From contig MU061616.1 in NCBI GenBank assembly GCA_013265495.1, positions 2,868,696-2,932,695 on the forward strand: 64,000 bases of DNA, read 5' to 3'. The notes under the pieces were generated by a model. The model did not search any database. It had not been told where the DNA came from and was given only the letters and a program-made list of their open reading frames with translations. The position numbers and the translations under genes were made by a program. Source of the stretch: Vicugna vicugna. Lineage: Eukaryota. Of this stretch, positions 11,490 to 23,959 are shown piece after piece (the stretch's first letter is position 1; every line of letters begins with the position of its first letter).

Positions 11490-12360
11490 CCTCAGTCCTT
11501 TTTCTCAGTACTACCTAAAAGAAGTTTGAAAATGTATTTCCCCCCTCACACATTTTTAAGTTGACATCTGAAATATTTTATTGATAAGTTTGCAAATAGT
11601 TGCAAAGGACATAATTTCCAGTGTATTGTAAATATTGACATTTTATAAACTGTTTCTTTTATATTGATCTGTTTCCATCCAAATAGCAGTGATTCAGAAG
11701 CCAACATCTTTCATTTTAAAAACAGAATAACAGGCTCTTCTTTAACATCATTCCTTTTACTCTGCTCATAATTCCACTCTATTCCATCCATCCACAGTTT
11801 ACCCAACATGTAATTTATTTCCATGCCGGAAAGCCTATCACTAATAATCTTATTATATCTGTTTGAAACACACACACATACATAAATTGAAATTTTTATA
11901 TCAATTTTTCTAACCTAAGGCTTTTAAGGGTTACACTTATTAGTACTGAGTTGTTCAAAACAACATAAATATCTCCATTCAAATATTTATAGAAACTAAA
12001 ATTTATTGGAAATGCATCTCTTCAAAGAGGATATTTTCCTCTCAATGAATTCATGTGTGTGGATAAAAACCATTTTTTTATTAGAGTAAGATAAGGTTCA
12101 GCAACACTTTTGTACTTTTTCTTTCCTTTTTTAAAAAACGTAAACACAGAAAACTGGTTAACAAATGAAAGTAGATGGGACTCTAAGGGGTTTGCTAGAG
12201 GTAACAGTGTCATTCAATTCATGAATTCTTTGAGTTGTCTGTTAACAATCACATTGATCAAAACTATATCTAATGATATCGTCTAACAATACAATCCTCC
12301 TTTAGTTTTGTTGAAATCAAATTAGTGGAAACCATGTAAATTATAAAGACATGTTACTCA
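11490..12360 (-). mobile_element. hAT-Charlie DNA transposon fossil (3' part)
   Basis: AT-rich; the reverse strand reads ...GTTGCTGAACCTTATCTTACTC...AAGAGATGCATTTCCAATAAA, resembling the Charlie1 transposase C-terminus and 3' end (recalled). Confidence 0.55.
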
Positions 12361-12479
12361 GATTTGGACCCTGCTCCGTTTCAAACTGGAGACACAGATG
12401 TATTTAGGGCTAGATTAGCATTTGCCTTGGGACCCTCGATGGGGGAAAGGACAGAATGGGAAACGACAAAAACTGAGAG

Positions 12480-13760
12480 CCACGCTGGTCGGGTTGCTGC
12501 CTGCTTAAGACCAACCCTAGAATTCCGAGCATTTCCAGAACCGCCAGGAAAGCGGAGCAAAGCCGGACTGAAGCTGGCCTGGCTCTGAGTACACTGGCGG
12601 GTCCGTCTGCAAACAGCCTGTCCGCGGACTGCCCCTTAGAGAGCTAGGAGAAAATTATTTCCCTTAAAGAGTGGGTGGCAGAGCGGGGAATTAAGGTAGT
12701 TTCCGTTTGGAGCAGACCAGGCCGCCAGGCCGCAGAGCTCAGTGCCGCGAAATGCAGGAGGCCCTCCCTTACGGCAGAATTTTCGCTTTTACTCGACAGC
12801 GTGGAGAAGCCGCTCGGAACAGCAGCTGCAGTGGGGAAGTCAGAGCAGGTCACACAAGAGGTTCCACTCCCAGACACTTGGCCTAGAACTTGGAGGCCTG
12901 TACCACCCGCACGCTGGCTTCTATGCCACCCACGCCCCCATTCACCCGCACTGCGCCGTTATCTCTCTGACTGACATCCGTGTCAGCCAATGACCTTTGG
13001 CGCTGTGAAAGCGCCTGCCCCTCTGGAATTAGGCGGGGCAAGTAGTTGGAATGACAAACATTTACTCCAATGGTGAGGAAGTTTCAGAAGCTGCCGGCAC
13101 AATAGCCAATGAGGAGAAGGAATCGTTCAAAAGGACGTGTCAGGCAGCCAACGGCCGGCGCCGCTGCGGGAAACCTGCGGCTTCCGTTCCGAAAGGCGGG
13201 GCGGGGTCTCGAACGGAAGGTGGTGGTTGTCCGAGCCGAAGCAGGTTTGAAACTGGGGGTCGGGCCCGGCTGTCGTTGTCTGTCGCCGCGGCCCCGCTTC
13301 CGGGCTAGGCCGTCCCTGCCCGCCCCCGCCCCGCCTCCTTTCGGACCCCTCGGTCCCAATCCCGGCTCCCCGCTCGATTCTCTCCCCGCCCGCCGCAGCC
13401 CGCTGCCGTCCGGGCCCTCACTGCGGCCCCGCCGCCGCCACCATGTCCCTGCACGGCAAGCGGAAGGAGATCTACAAGTATGAAGCGCCCTGGACCGTCT
13501 ACGCCATGAACTGGAGCGTGCNNNNNNNNNNNNNNNNNNNNNNNNNNNNNNNNNNNNNNNNNNNNNNNNNNNNNNNNNNNNNNNNNNNNNNNNNNNNNNN
13601 NNNNNNNNNNNNNNNNNNNNNNNNNNNNNNNNNNNNNNNNNNNNNNNNNNNNNCAGACCCCGGGACCCTCCTGCGGACCTGCCCGTAGCTCCACGGAGCG
13701 GTTCCTCTGTGTCTGGCCCTGTGCAGAGGGTTTCGCTCTCGTTCTTATTTAATCCTGGCA
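12480..13760 (+). promoter_or_regulatory. DCAF7: DCAF7 CpG-island promoter and 5'UTR
   Basis: CpG-rich; CCAAT at 12987, 13067 and 13106; GC boxes; ATG-free leader ending in gccgccaccATG at 13443. Confidence 0.88.
13443..13580 (+). CDS. DCAF7: DCAF7 exon 1 CDS (3' part hidden by N-run 13522-13653; end inferred)
   Basis: MSLHGKRKEIYKYEAPWTVYAMNWSV is the DCAF7/WDR68 N-terminus; the end assumes the 46-codon orthologous exon. Confidence 0.9.
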
Positions 13761-13880
13761 GCATTCTTGAGTAGTCAGGAGTGTAGTTTACCCCCATCTT
13801 TTGATGGGGAAACTGAGGCACCGTGTTGTGACTTGCCCGAGTCACACAGCTATTTCGTGACGGAAACAGGTTTCAAACGC
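13745..13880 (-). mobile_element. MIR SINE at the start of DCAF7 intron 1
   Basis: CCCCATCTTTTGATGGGGAAACTGAGGCAC...GACTTGCCCGAGTCACACAGCT. Confidence 0.7.
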
Positions 13881-16800
13881 GAGTTTACACCCAAAAGTTA
13901 TGCCATTTATCACTCCTGACCCCCGCCTCCTGCTGCATTGCTTCAATTGGGGGGCGGAAGAGGGATGAGGGGGTGATGGCTGTGAAGAAGATGCTGGCGC
14001 CTCAGCTAAGGGTCGTTGACTCCTGGCCACGCCAGATTTCTATTAGGACTGTTTACTGCGCAGGCTTCCCCGCCCCCTACTCCCACCCCCAGGCACTATT
14101 CAAGGATTCCTCAGCCCTTCTGCCGGGATTGCCATTGCTATTGCAGCCTCATATTCAACCTCTTCCAAGCGATTTCTTTTTAGAAATCTTGGCGTATGGT
14201 CGTGATCCCGCCATTGTTTTGCGAATAGAAAAGGATGATACTTGCCAGATCTTTTCTTGGGCTCGAACCTTGAGTATTAAGTCTTTCTGGACATCCACAA
14301 TTTGAGAATCCTTTATAGAAGCACGGATAGTAGGAGGAAGCTTTAAGCTGGCAGTGCAGCATAAACTTATTTTTGAAAGTTGTTGAGTAAGTCCGTCGGA
14401 AGCATTTTCTTTCCCTTGCTCCATAATCTCTTCCATTTATTGTATTGGAGTAAACGTTGTGACTGATAGTGATCAGAGCAACTGAGAGCCATGCTTAGTG
14501 GTGTTTAAAGCCTGTACAGCTACTTGACACCGTGAACGCTGTGACTTAAGAAGAATGAACTGTGTGGACACAGACATGGTGCAGGGAAGAAAGCCAGGTG
14601 CTCTCGGGTTGGGTCCTGTCTAGTTCACTGACTAGTTGTGGGGCATTGCACAGGTCAGTTTTTATTATTTCTGACCCACTGTTTGTTGTAGGAAAGACGT
14701 TCTTTTTTACACATAAAGGTCTTGTAAATAAACATTTGGACATTGTAATTTTGTTTACAGTTTTCAGGAGCACATCTGTTTCTCTAGAGTTAGGTCTTAA
14801 CTTTTTTTTTGGAATCCCCTTTGAGAAACTGATGAAAACGATGGTCTCTTATTGCCCAGGGATCACACATACACGATTTACAAACAAATCCCAGGGAGTA
14901 TACATTGATCTTGCAGTCCATTGCCTACAGAAAGCAGAATAGTAACAAGACATAGCTTGAACCTCTTTCTTCCTTATGGCCTGTGGTAGATAGCAGAGTT
15001 GAGAATGGAAGTCGGGGTCCTGATTTGGAAGCTGGATTAATAAAATTGAGAGCACTAGTATAAGGATACATGTTACATGTATGTAGGCAATCTAGCGTCT
15101 TAAAACTATTTTAATGCCCCCACCTATCTAGGTCAGAGTTCTTAACTTTTGTTATTGGACTCCAGGTACTGTAATGCGCTAGTTTAAGCATATTTTCTCT
15201 TTTTCTACCTGGCTTAGAGGCAATAACTCTGGTATGTCTCCTGAGTTTTGACAATGTCTGTGGTCTTTAGACAAGTGGTACTTACCCTGTTTTATGGGGA
15301 AAGATGACTTCTGTTCCACTTAGTTGTATGTTTCGGGGTTGATTTTGAATAAAATTGGCTGAGTGAGTGGGATTTATTTTGCCCTGATATTTAACTAGCT
15401 GACCATTTGTATTTTATGATTTAGCATCTAGAAAACATTGTTGAGGTTCTGAGGAGAGAAACCGTAGGTATACCTGATGCTTTTTGAAGAATACTGGTAG
15501 TGAACTTAGATAAGACTGCCTTGTACTTGAAGTACACATGGGATAAATGCTTGCCTTGTCAGGCTGTGTTGATTTCTGTGAGATCTTTAATGCAGAGGTA
15601 CTTTATCTATTTAGCACACAATGATTTTGGCTCTGGCATATAAATTTTCATTTCTCAGTATTTGTGGCAGTCTTCGAGGATTTTCATTCATTTGTTCATT
15701 AAGTCAACAAATATGTATTGAACCTACATGTGTCTTTTAGTCATAGTGATGATGCTTGGTATCCTTTGTTAGAAGCTGTAACATTGGCAGCAATCAAAAG
15801 AAAGTATTTTAGTACACGTAAGTATTTCTGTAGATATTTAGTATTTTGCAGTGCTCCATCAGTCCTCCCTGGCAAGACTGTCAGCAGAGGAATTTAAAGT
15901 CTAAAACTCTTCTGGTTTGAATGCTTCCTTCCTGTTTTCTAGACAGTGAGAGAACTAATTCCTCCATGGGAGCATTGGATAAAAGTTTTGCTGCTTTATT
16001 GCTTTTTTGCCCTAACCTAGTTTACACAGACTTACTGGAGATGCTGTGATTTGAACAAGGAATGAATCTGTGTTCAATAGATAGTCTGGTCTGCCTGGGG
16101 CTGTGATGTCAGAGATGATTGTTTAGCCTCTGAGCCAGCAGCCCGGGGCGCCGGGGAGAGGGGTGGGTGGGGGGGTGTTGGGTGCTATGCCAGAACTCAC
16201 CTCAAAGTCTGACAAGGCAGAACCTCTCTGCAGACATTGATCAACAATAGTCAGTCAGGAACAGGCTTAAAGGGAAGACAAGTGGAATAGACCAAGAAAA
16301 GCTGGGTTATTCTGACAGAATTTTGCCTTGGCTGATTTTGGTTTTATTAACAATTGTGGGAAAATGTTTATCTGACAAGAGTGGTATATTGATTTAGATA
16401 ACTTGAGGGCTTTTTTAAAAATCACATATATACACACACACATGTATACATTTGCATTCACCTTCATGTTCTGGTGCTAGCACTGTATGTAATTAAAGTG
16501 GAATACAGTTTCCTCCCTCAAGGAGCATAGTAACAAAATAGACATGGCAGCTTTAATTTTTTTTTTAATATAAGGTATGAGTAATGCGAATAGTAATTTA
16601 TGTTGTTATTCATGAAAGTAATTGAAAGTCAAGATGTGGTCATGCCTCCAAGGAGTAGATATTTTATATATCATATCTACTCCTTGGGAGACATCTGATA
16701 GTGATAGCCACAGTTTAAAAATAAGTAAAAGTGATCTTGCTTCACAGTCTTTTCTTTGTAGGGGCATTTGTTTCACATGTTGGGATAAAGTGTTGTGAAG

Positions 16801-17449
16801 CAATAGTTGCAGGAAGGCAGTGGAGGTGGGAGATAGAGGAAGTTTAGCAGGAGGACGGGGAAGACTATGGAGGAAAAGGCAGAGGAGTAACCTAATGTTG
16901 ACAGAAAGATGAGTAAAGTCATACTTTTTCCTTATGCTCCCACAGTAAGTGAGGAAGGATGGCAATATAATGAAAATCAAATGGGTATAGGAAAATGCTG
17001 CGAAAGAATATCTGTGACTGCAGATTCAAATCAGAAGAGCACAGTTCTCCAGAGTAGGATTTTGATGGGCAAAATCAACAATCCTTTATCTGGGACAGCA
17101 GGAGCTTCTCCAGACCTCATTTGACACCTTGGGTGAGAGGGGGGCTACACTGTACAAGGAGACACACACATGTGCCATCATCTCTGTAAGCATTAGATGA
17201 GGCAGGTTAGAAGAGAGATTGAATTGTGAGCAGCTTGACAGCACCTCATCTCTGTAGACTGGGGAGACGTAAAAGCTTCATGTGTTTATACTAACTTGGA
17301 ACACAGTCCTGGCTTTTCTTCCTTGGGAATGTGCTTCAGATCATCTAGAAAGAACTTGCCTCATTCAAAAGGAACCAGTACAGTAGCAGTAGAGAGATAC
17401 TATAAGAAAGGAGGGGAGGAAATGGGAAACAAGTGGAAAGTAAAGTATC

Positions 17450-18060
17450 CACACTAGAAAAATGTTTTCACCTTAGTTGAAAATTAATGGCCAGTCCTGT
17501 CACCATAGACTCAAAGAGCTTAAGAAAATAAAGAACTCCAAGCAGAGATATAGGAGATCAGGTAAAATAAGGCATGGTGACAGGAACAGATAGAGCCCAG
17601 AAAAATAGTGGAAGAGAAAACAAAAATTATCACAGGAGTAAAAGCCACATTGAAAAGAGAATAAAAATGAATACAAACAGCTGAAAACAGTGAAGGATAG
17701 GGAAGACAGATTGAGAAAATGAAATGGATATAAAAATGTAATTGATGCAGAAAATAAAGAAGATCTGACTTAGGTATAATTGGTGTCTCTGAAGAAAATC
17801 AAAGAAGTGAAACACAAAAACTCAAATATGTAGTTAAAGAAGACTTTATAGAACAAATGTTTGAAGTGATGGGTCCCGTGAGTCCCGAACTATGTCTCAA
17901 GAAAAATGGACACAGAACAATTGGCACTGAAAACTTTCCTAGGAAAGTTTCTACATTTTAAGAGTGAAGAAAGAATCTTTTGGACATCCAGGCAAAATGA
18001 TCGCATCCTCTTGAAGAGAGGAGGGAGAAATCTAGCCACATTTGATGACAAAGTATGGAG
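17450..18060 (+). mobile_element. Ancient L1 ORF1-like (HAL1-type) fossil
   Basis: A/G-rich; ATAATTGGTGTCTCTGAAG and AAAGAATCTTTTGGACATCCAGGCAAAA resemble ORF1p-coding L1/HAL1 sequence; no open frame. Confidence 0.55.
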
Positions 18061-18877
18061 CAGTGTCTACAGATCTGCAGCTATTATAGGTTGTACTGCT
18101 GTAAATACCTGAGAATATACCTAAGAATGTATAAGATTTCCATTGGGAAAATAAATCACTTTTTTAAAAAGATAATTTATAAAAATTGTGTATTAAGGGG
18201 AAAAATACTTTTAAGTTAAGGGAAATCAACTGATTGATAAAAAATAATGTGTATCAGAACATACAGGAAAATGAGGATACTAAAGCTCAAGACATACTAA
18301 GTAACTCCCCAGAGTGACACAGAAGGTAAGAGCAGGGCGAGAACTAGGATGCTGTCTGTCTCCAGAGTCTTAAAAATAAATATATACCGATGTAAAAAAA
18401 AAAAACCCCAAAACAACAACAGTTGAGGGGTGGGGGAGAGAGAATGTTTTGAAAAACGGGAACACTTACCATACCAGATCAGAATAAACATACTGAAATT
18501 GGTGTAGTTATAGCAAATGCCACATATAGTTGATTGAACCACATAGAATGTTCCAAGGTATTTCTATGTGTATGTACACATACATACACAGAAATGTAGT
18601 TTGTGATAAGATAAAACTTTAATTCACTAGGAAAAATTAATAAGTTGTATGGCATAATTGTCCACCTGGCAGAAAAAAATTAGAGCCCTCTAATTTACAG
18701 CATATATGAAAATTCCAGATCAAATATTTAAATGTAAAGGAAATTCCCACAATCACAGTAGAAGATTGACTAGGAAATTTGTACTGGGGAAGTGGAGGGT
18801 GAGCAGAGGAGAAGGCAGTCTTTAAGCCAATCATTAAGTCCAGAGTCAAGTAAAGGAAAGACTGACAGACTGTAGTA

Positions 18878-19058
18878 CAGTTGACCCTTGCAACAGTGCA
18901 GGTTTGAACTGCACAGGTCCACTTGTAAGTGGGAATTTTTCAATAGTAAATACTATAGTACTGCACAGGGTCTGTGGTTGGTTGAATCCAAGGATGCGGA
19001 GGACTCGCATACTAACTTATGCACAGATCAACCCTCCACATTGTTCAAAGGTCAGCTG
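18878..19058. mobile_element. Tigger2-derived Tc1/mariner MITE
   Basis: TIRs CAGTTGACCCTTG(C)AACA / TTGTTCAAAGGTCAGCTG; TA target duplication at 18876-18877 and 19059-19060. Confidence 0.85.
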
Positions 19059-19079
19059 TACATACAAATAGAACATTTC

Positions 19080-19850
19080 TTTGTGAAAAGATAAGCTGTG
19101 GACAAAGTCAAAAGACAAATGATAGGCCAAGGAAAAGTATTTTCAAAACATGACACCCTAGTTGGAGCTAATTTACTTGGTATGATAGAAAAATGAACAA
19201 AGTACAAATAGTCAGTTCATAGGAGAGAAAATACAAGCGATCAAGAAACAGGAAAAGATACTCCACCTCAGAGGTAGTTAAAAGGAATGAGAATTGACCC
19301 TGTGATGCTACTTTTCCCTTTCAAATTTATAAAAATTAAATTACTGCTTCTAGTATTGCCGACAGTTTGGGAAGTAAACACCTTTCACTTACTGCTGGTA
19401 ACAGTGTGAGTTGCTACAGCCTGTTAGGGAAGTAAATCGGCATCTACTAAAATTTAAAATGCAAGTACCTTCTAATACAGCCATCACACTCTTGGGACTT
19501 TGGGCTCCAGAAGTGAAGCTTGTAAGAAGTAGTGCCAGAAAAGGGAAGCAGTGTACACCATTAGGGGAGTGGTCATATACTATTGTACATTTATTCTGTG
19601 AAATACTATGCATCAATTAAAGAATGAGTTGGAGGGAGGAGGATATAGCTCAAGTGGTAGAGCACATGCTTAGTACGCACAAGGTCCTGGGTTCAATCCC
19701 CAGTACCTCCTCTAAAAATAAGTAAATAAATAAACCTAAATACCTCTCCCTCCCTAAAAACTTAAAAAAAAAAAAAAGAATGAGTTGAATCTGCATATTG
19801 ACCTGAGGGATGCCCATTATTTTGTTAAGTTAATAAGAAGATTTATAGCA
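19080..19850 (+). mobile_element. Old L1M (L1ME-type) 3' fragment interrupted by the SINE
   Basis: ORF2-end and 3'UTR-like A-rich sequence continuing on both sides of the SINE TSD. Confidence 0.55.
19632..19774 (+). mobile_element. tRNA-Ala-derived SINE (camelid Vic-1-like), full length
   Basis: A box TAGCTCAAGTGG, B box GGTTCAATCCC, AT-rich/CCCT tail, poly(A); 13-bp TSD AAAGAATGAGTTG at 19619 and 19775. Family name is from memory. Confidence 0.9.
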
Positions 19851-20759
19851 TTGGCTATAGGATTCTGTCTTTCTAAAAGTTGCGGGAAAACCTTCTGCTT
19901 GTGCATAAATCTGTTTGAGCTTAGAGAAGAGTGTAGAAGCAACACACACTAAATTAATAGTGTGATATATTGAGGATGGAATGGAGGGAGTTACTAACCT
20001 TTTCTGGTATACCTATATTTTGATATAGTAGTCACATGTTTTATAATTCTCTTAACAATCTAAAAGTTCATATAAAGAATAAAATAAACCCAATTGAAAG
20101 ATCATTAAAATATAGATAAGACTTGTAAATATGATCAAGAAAATGATAGAGGACATAATGGTAAGGGGTTCAGGGTAGAATTTTGGTGTTGAAATTCTGT
20201 CACTCACCCCCTTTTCCCTTGGGAGCGTCCTATCAAGGGGGTTATATGGACAAATAATAATCACCAAAGGAGAAATCTAGCCCCACTCTTATTAATAGCT
20301 GAACAAGCACCTCTAATGTGGTGCGACTCCTTGGTAAAGTGAGTTGGAAAATTGCAGATTGGCTTTAAAGCCTAAGTGAGACTTTCAGCTTTTCCACTTC
20401 TAACTCATGGGCAGACCCAACCTGACTGACGTCCCTCGCTCAGTTAAATGTGCAGAGAAGCTGGAGTGAAGAGTGGCCAGACCCGTAGTGAGCAGGCCAC
20501 CTTGCCTGTCCCGGCAGGAGCAGGCTGTGCGAGGGCAAGAGAGCTGTGGTGCCTGCCTCACGAAGGGCTCTCAGGCCTGCTGGGGAGGAGGCCTATGTCC
20601 CTGGCGCAGGCTCCAGCCAACCAGTTTAGCAGTTGGAGCTAGTTACATGCGGGGTTGGGAGAGCAGAACTCCTCACCCTTAGTATTTCCCCCAAGGGGGA
20701 TGGGGCAGAAATTCATCTTCCAGTTCCTCAAAGATCTCCCTCCAAAAAGCCACCACCCT

Positions 20760-20798
20760 GTCTACGGCCATACCACCCTGAACACGCCCGATCTTGTC
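20760..20798 (+). pseudogene. 3'-truncated (tailless) 5S rRNA retropseudogene, nt 1-39
   Basis: GTCTACGGCCATACCACCCTGAACACGCCCGATCTTGTC matches 37/39 nt of the mammalian 5S rRNA 5' end, with both mismatches at CpGs; flanked by perfect 16-bp direct repeats AAAAAGCCACCACCCT (20744-20759, 20799-20814). Confidence 0.93.
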
Positions 20799-20859
20799 AA
20801 AAAGCCACCACCCTCAGAGTTTTTATGGGCAAATTTACCAAAGGAAGTATGTAACAAAT

Positions 20860-21870
20860 AAAGGCACAGTGGCCATCTATAAGAGTTCCTACAAATCAGG
20901 AAAGAAAAAGACACAACTCAATAGAATAAACTGGGCAAATGTTTTAAGTTGGTGTTTTTCAGCATAGCGGTGAGGAGCTTGGGTAGTGGAATGCGACTGC
21001 CTATATTTAAAAGGCAGCTGGCTTTGTGATCCAGGGCAGGATACTTCACATCTCTTACTCAGTATATTATGAAGGTAGGAAAAATGATAGTACTGACCTG
21101 ATGGAGCTGTTGAGGGGATTAAATGAAGAGGTGCATGTAAAGCTTTAAGCATAATGCTGATACTTTGTCCATTATAAGCACTCAGATATTAAAAATTGCT
21201 ATTCAGAAGTAAAAATAATAAATGTTCATCCTCAGTAGTAAAACGCCATTTTTTATCCATCATATTAGCAAAAATGTTAAAGATTATTTTCAGTGTTTTT
21301 AAAGGTATGCGTAAATGGTAACTCTTATATTACTGTTAATGAAAATGTAAATGGAAGCCACCTTTTCAAAGGCTGCTGGACAGAATCTGTTACTTTTTTT
21401 TTTTTAAGCTTAAAACAACACAAGTTTATTATTTCATTGTTCCTGTGGTATTAACATTTAAAACGTGATGCAATAGTTTACACTTCTAGCAGTCTGTCCA
21501 ATAAAAGCATTTGCACATGTGTACATAGTAGTGTTCATAATAGCAAATCACAGTAACTACAAATAGTTAAATTATGGTGTGTTTACCACAGCCTGCTGTG
21601 GAAGAGTGAGGTAGCACTATCTGTACTGACATGAGATCTCCCAAGATATGTTAAAAGCAAGTTGCAGAATACATTTTGTTGTCCAAGGCTATCTTTTTTT
21701 TTAACCCATAATATATATACACATATATAGATGTACAGAGAACCATTCAGAAAGATACTGTGGTTTGAGAGTCAATAAGTAGAACTGAGGATGAAGTTAA
21801 TGGGAGACTTTACCACTTCACTCTGTATTATGTGAATATTTGCAGAGAACTTACATTGCTTTCATTAAAT
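20860..21870 (+). mobile_element. Old L1M fragment with a MIR-like segment at about 20965-21170
   Basis: AAAAGACACAACTCAATAGAATAAACTGGGCAAATG L1 segment resuming after the MIR-like core. Confidence 0.5.
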
Positions 21871-22089
21871 TTTTAACACCTGTGTATATGGACAAAAATT
21901 GAATAACAGTGAAAGCTAATTGTTATTCCTTTCAATACTTGGTTGGCAACTTGGAGCAGAAGAACTAAGTGAGTTAGGCTACGGATAGATAAAACACGAG
22001 TCTACGAACACATGAAGTCTTTGGGAAGATCAGGAAAGATTAAATCCAGCCATTTCATGACTTCTTCCCCGGCTTGGGTGCTGTTGTGC

Positions 22090-22240
22090 AGAGGTTATCA
22101 AACGTTGCTGAATTGGATCACCGGGGAGGTTCTTAAGAATACTGACTTCTAGGCCCCACCTGACACTTGTTGAATCAGAATCTTGGGCTAGAGTTGGGGA
22201 GCCTAGGTAAATCTGATAGCCAGATTCGGAAACCATCACT
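22090..22240. mobile_element. MER5A-like hAT-Charlie MITE
   Basis: CAGAGGTTATCAAAC...GAATCAGAATCT...TTCGGAAACCATCACTG. Confidence 0.6.
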
Positions 22241-23079
22241 GTTGGTAGTACAAGCAGAATTAAGACACAGGCCCTGTTTTTAAGGCATTTACTAAGCAAA
22301 ACAGCAGGAGACAGTAATGTAAGTGATGCAGTATGGGGTTAGTCACCAAAGGGGTGGTGTGGATAAGTACTAAGAGCTCACTGCACTAGGAAGACTGCAG
22401 GTGGTTTATGAAGGAGGTGGGATGTATTAATATTAAAAGCTCATAGGTACACTGAGGAAGGCACTACACCAAGCAATTTACATACAACTCTATGGGGTGT
22501 AGGTATTGTGAATATCCTCACTTTACAGATCAGAAACAGGTTTAGCAAAGTTGAGTAACGTGTCCAAGTTCCTACAGCTGCTAGCGAGTGGTAGGTACAT
22601 AAGGAGCCCTGGAAGCTTTTGCCACTGTACTTATTAACATTGGGCGGGATTTGAGTCGATAGAAAGGATGAGGATTTTATAGCATGAAGACAGCATAAAG
22701 AAGGGTATGGGAAGCACTGACCAGATAAATAAAAGTGGAAGATAAGGTAGGCTAGGGTTGAGTGGTGGAAAGCCTTGAATGTCTGGTTAAGTGGATCCTA
22801 AGTGTCAGATGCTCACAGGATCTGACATTTTGAGGTTTGGGGAGAAATATCCGGTGACTTGAAAAGCAACGTTTAGGAGTGAGTGTAGCGTTTTCTCTTC
22901 TAGTTTAACCTCGCAGTGTTACATTTCTGATTAGAGAGACGGATTTTGTCTTTTGTGCTCGCTGCCATTTCCCCAGCACTTGGAACAGCACCTGAAACCT
23001 AATAGCCACTTGGTAAATATTTGAATAAATACATGAATGAAGTATCTGGCTCAGAAACTATATGAGAGGCTTATTCTCT

Positions 23080-23760
23080 ATTCTGCTCAATGAGCCACAA
23101 AATTTAGCCTCTCATCTATTTCCTCCTCCCTCCCCCAGCAAGCCTGATACCAATTTTCCCTGTTCCATTTAGAATCTTTCTTCTTTACATTTTATTTTCT
23201 GCAGAGGTCAGAATGTCAACTTTTTAATTCCTTAAAAACTATTTATTCTGTCATAATCCTTCTTCCAGCCATCTCTGGTTATCCCCTGCCATTCTCACTG
23301 CTGGTCACCATAGGCCCGAAACCTTTCCCACCTGTTCCCCTGTGGGTCTCTGGACTTAGCTCCCGCCTCCCGCCTCTTCCTGGATCCAGTCAGTCCTGCA
23401 GGGCATTACCAGGCCTCATTCTCACACCTCCGAGGACTCCTGGTCCTACCGCTGCTTCTCAGATGCCTTCACAGGGGAAAGCCCACCTCTGTCCTCAGTT
23501 TGCTTTCAGGGCTCTCCAGCCTGCCCCAGGCACATACTCCCAGCCTCTGCGCTGCTCTCTCAGATGGTTCCTCTCAAACAGGTTTTCTTGCTGCCATCAA
23601 GTGGGTCATTTAGTTCGTTCTTCCGTCCCATCTGCCTGGAATGCCTTCCCTTTCTTTGCCTCCCTACAACCTTTCCACATACCCTTGAAGACTGCTTGGA
23701 TCCCAGCTCCTTTAACCTCACTTGCCTATTTTGAATGATTGCTCTTTCCTCTGAACTATA
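23080..23760 (+). mobile_element. L2 LINE fragment
   Basis: Pyrimidine-rich; TCCCATCTGCCTGGAATGCCTTCCC L2-type motif. Confidence 0.5.
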
Positions 23761-23959
23761 TCTGTGTCATAAATAAGCAGCTAATATATTACTTTGTGGT
23801 GTCGCTTTTATTGCTGTCTTAGGGCAGTGGGTTTTTTCTCCTTTTATATCTTCATAGCTTATCTCCCCCAGCACATTACAAGATTTTGAAAGCCTGTGAG
23901 TGCTCCATAAAAATGAATATTTAGGTTTAGTCATCATATGGATTTTTAAGTCAGATGTG

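Noticed and set aside
12022-12213. 63-aa ORF resembling the end of a hAT transposase
   Set aside because: It is a decayed remnant inside a Charlie-type fossil, not a domesticated gene; the flanks are full of stops.
13084-13845. 253-aa minus-strand ORF across the DCAF7 promoter
   Set aside because: CpG-island artefact that is extended through an N-run.
19632-19710. tRNA-like cloverleaf with an AGT anticodon (possible tRNA-Thr gene)
   Set aside because: It has a mismatched acceptor stem, a SINE tail, poly(A) and a TSD, and two related copies occur elsewhere. It is a SINE head.
20760-20798. Functional 5S rRNA gene
   Set aside because: Only 39 of about 120 nt are present, the internal control region is missing, and it is flanked by a TSD.
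22803-22827. 8-bp stem TGTCAGAT/ATCTGACA hairpin
   Set aside because: Too short to be significant in 64 kb and has no ncRNA features.
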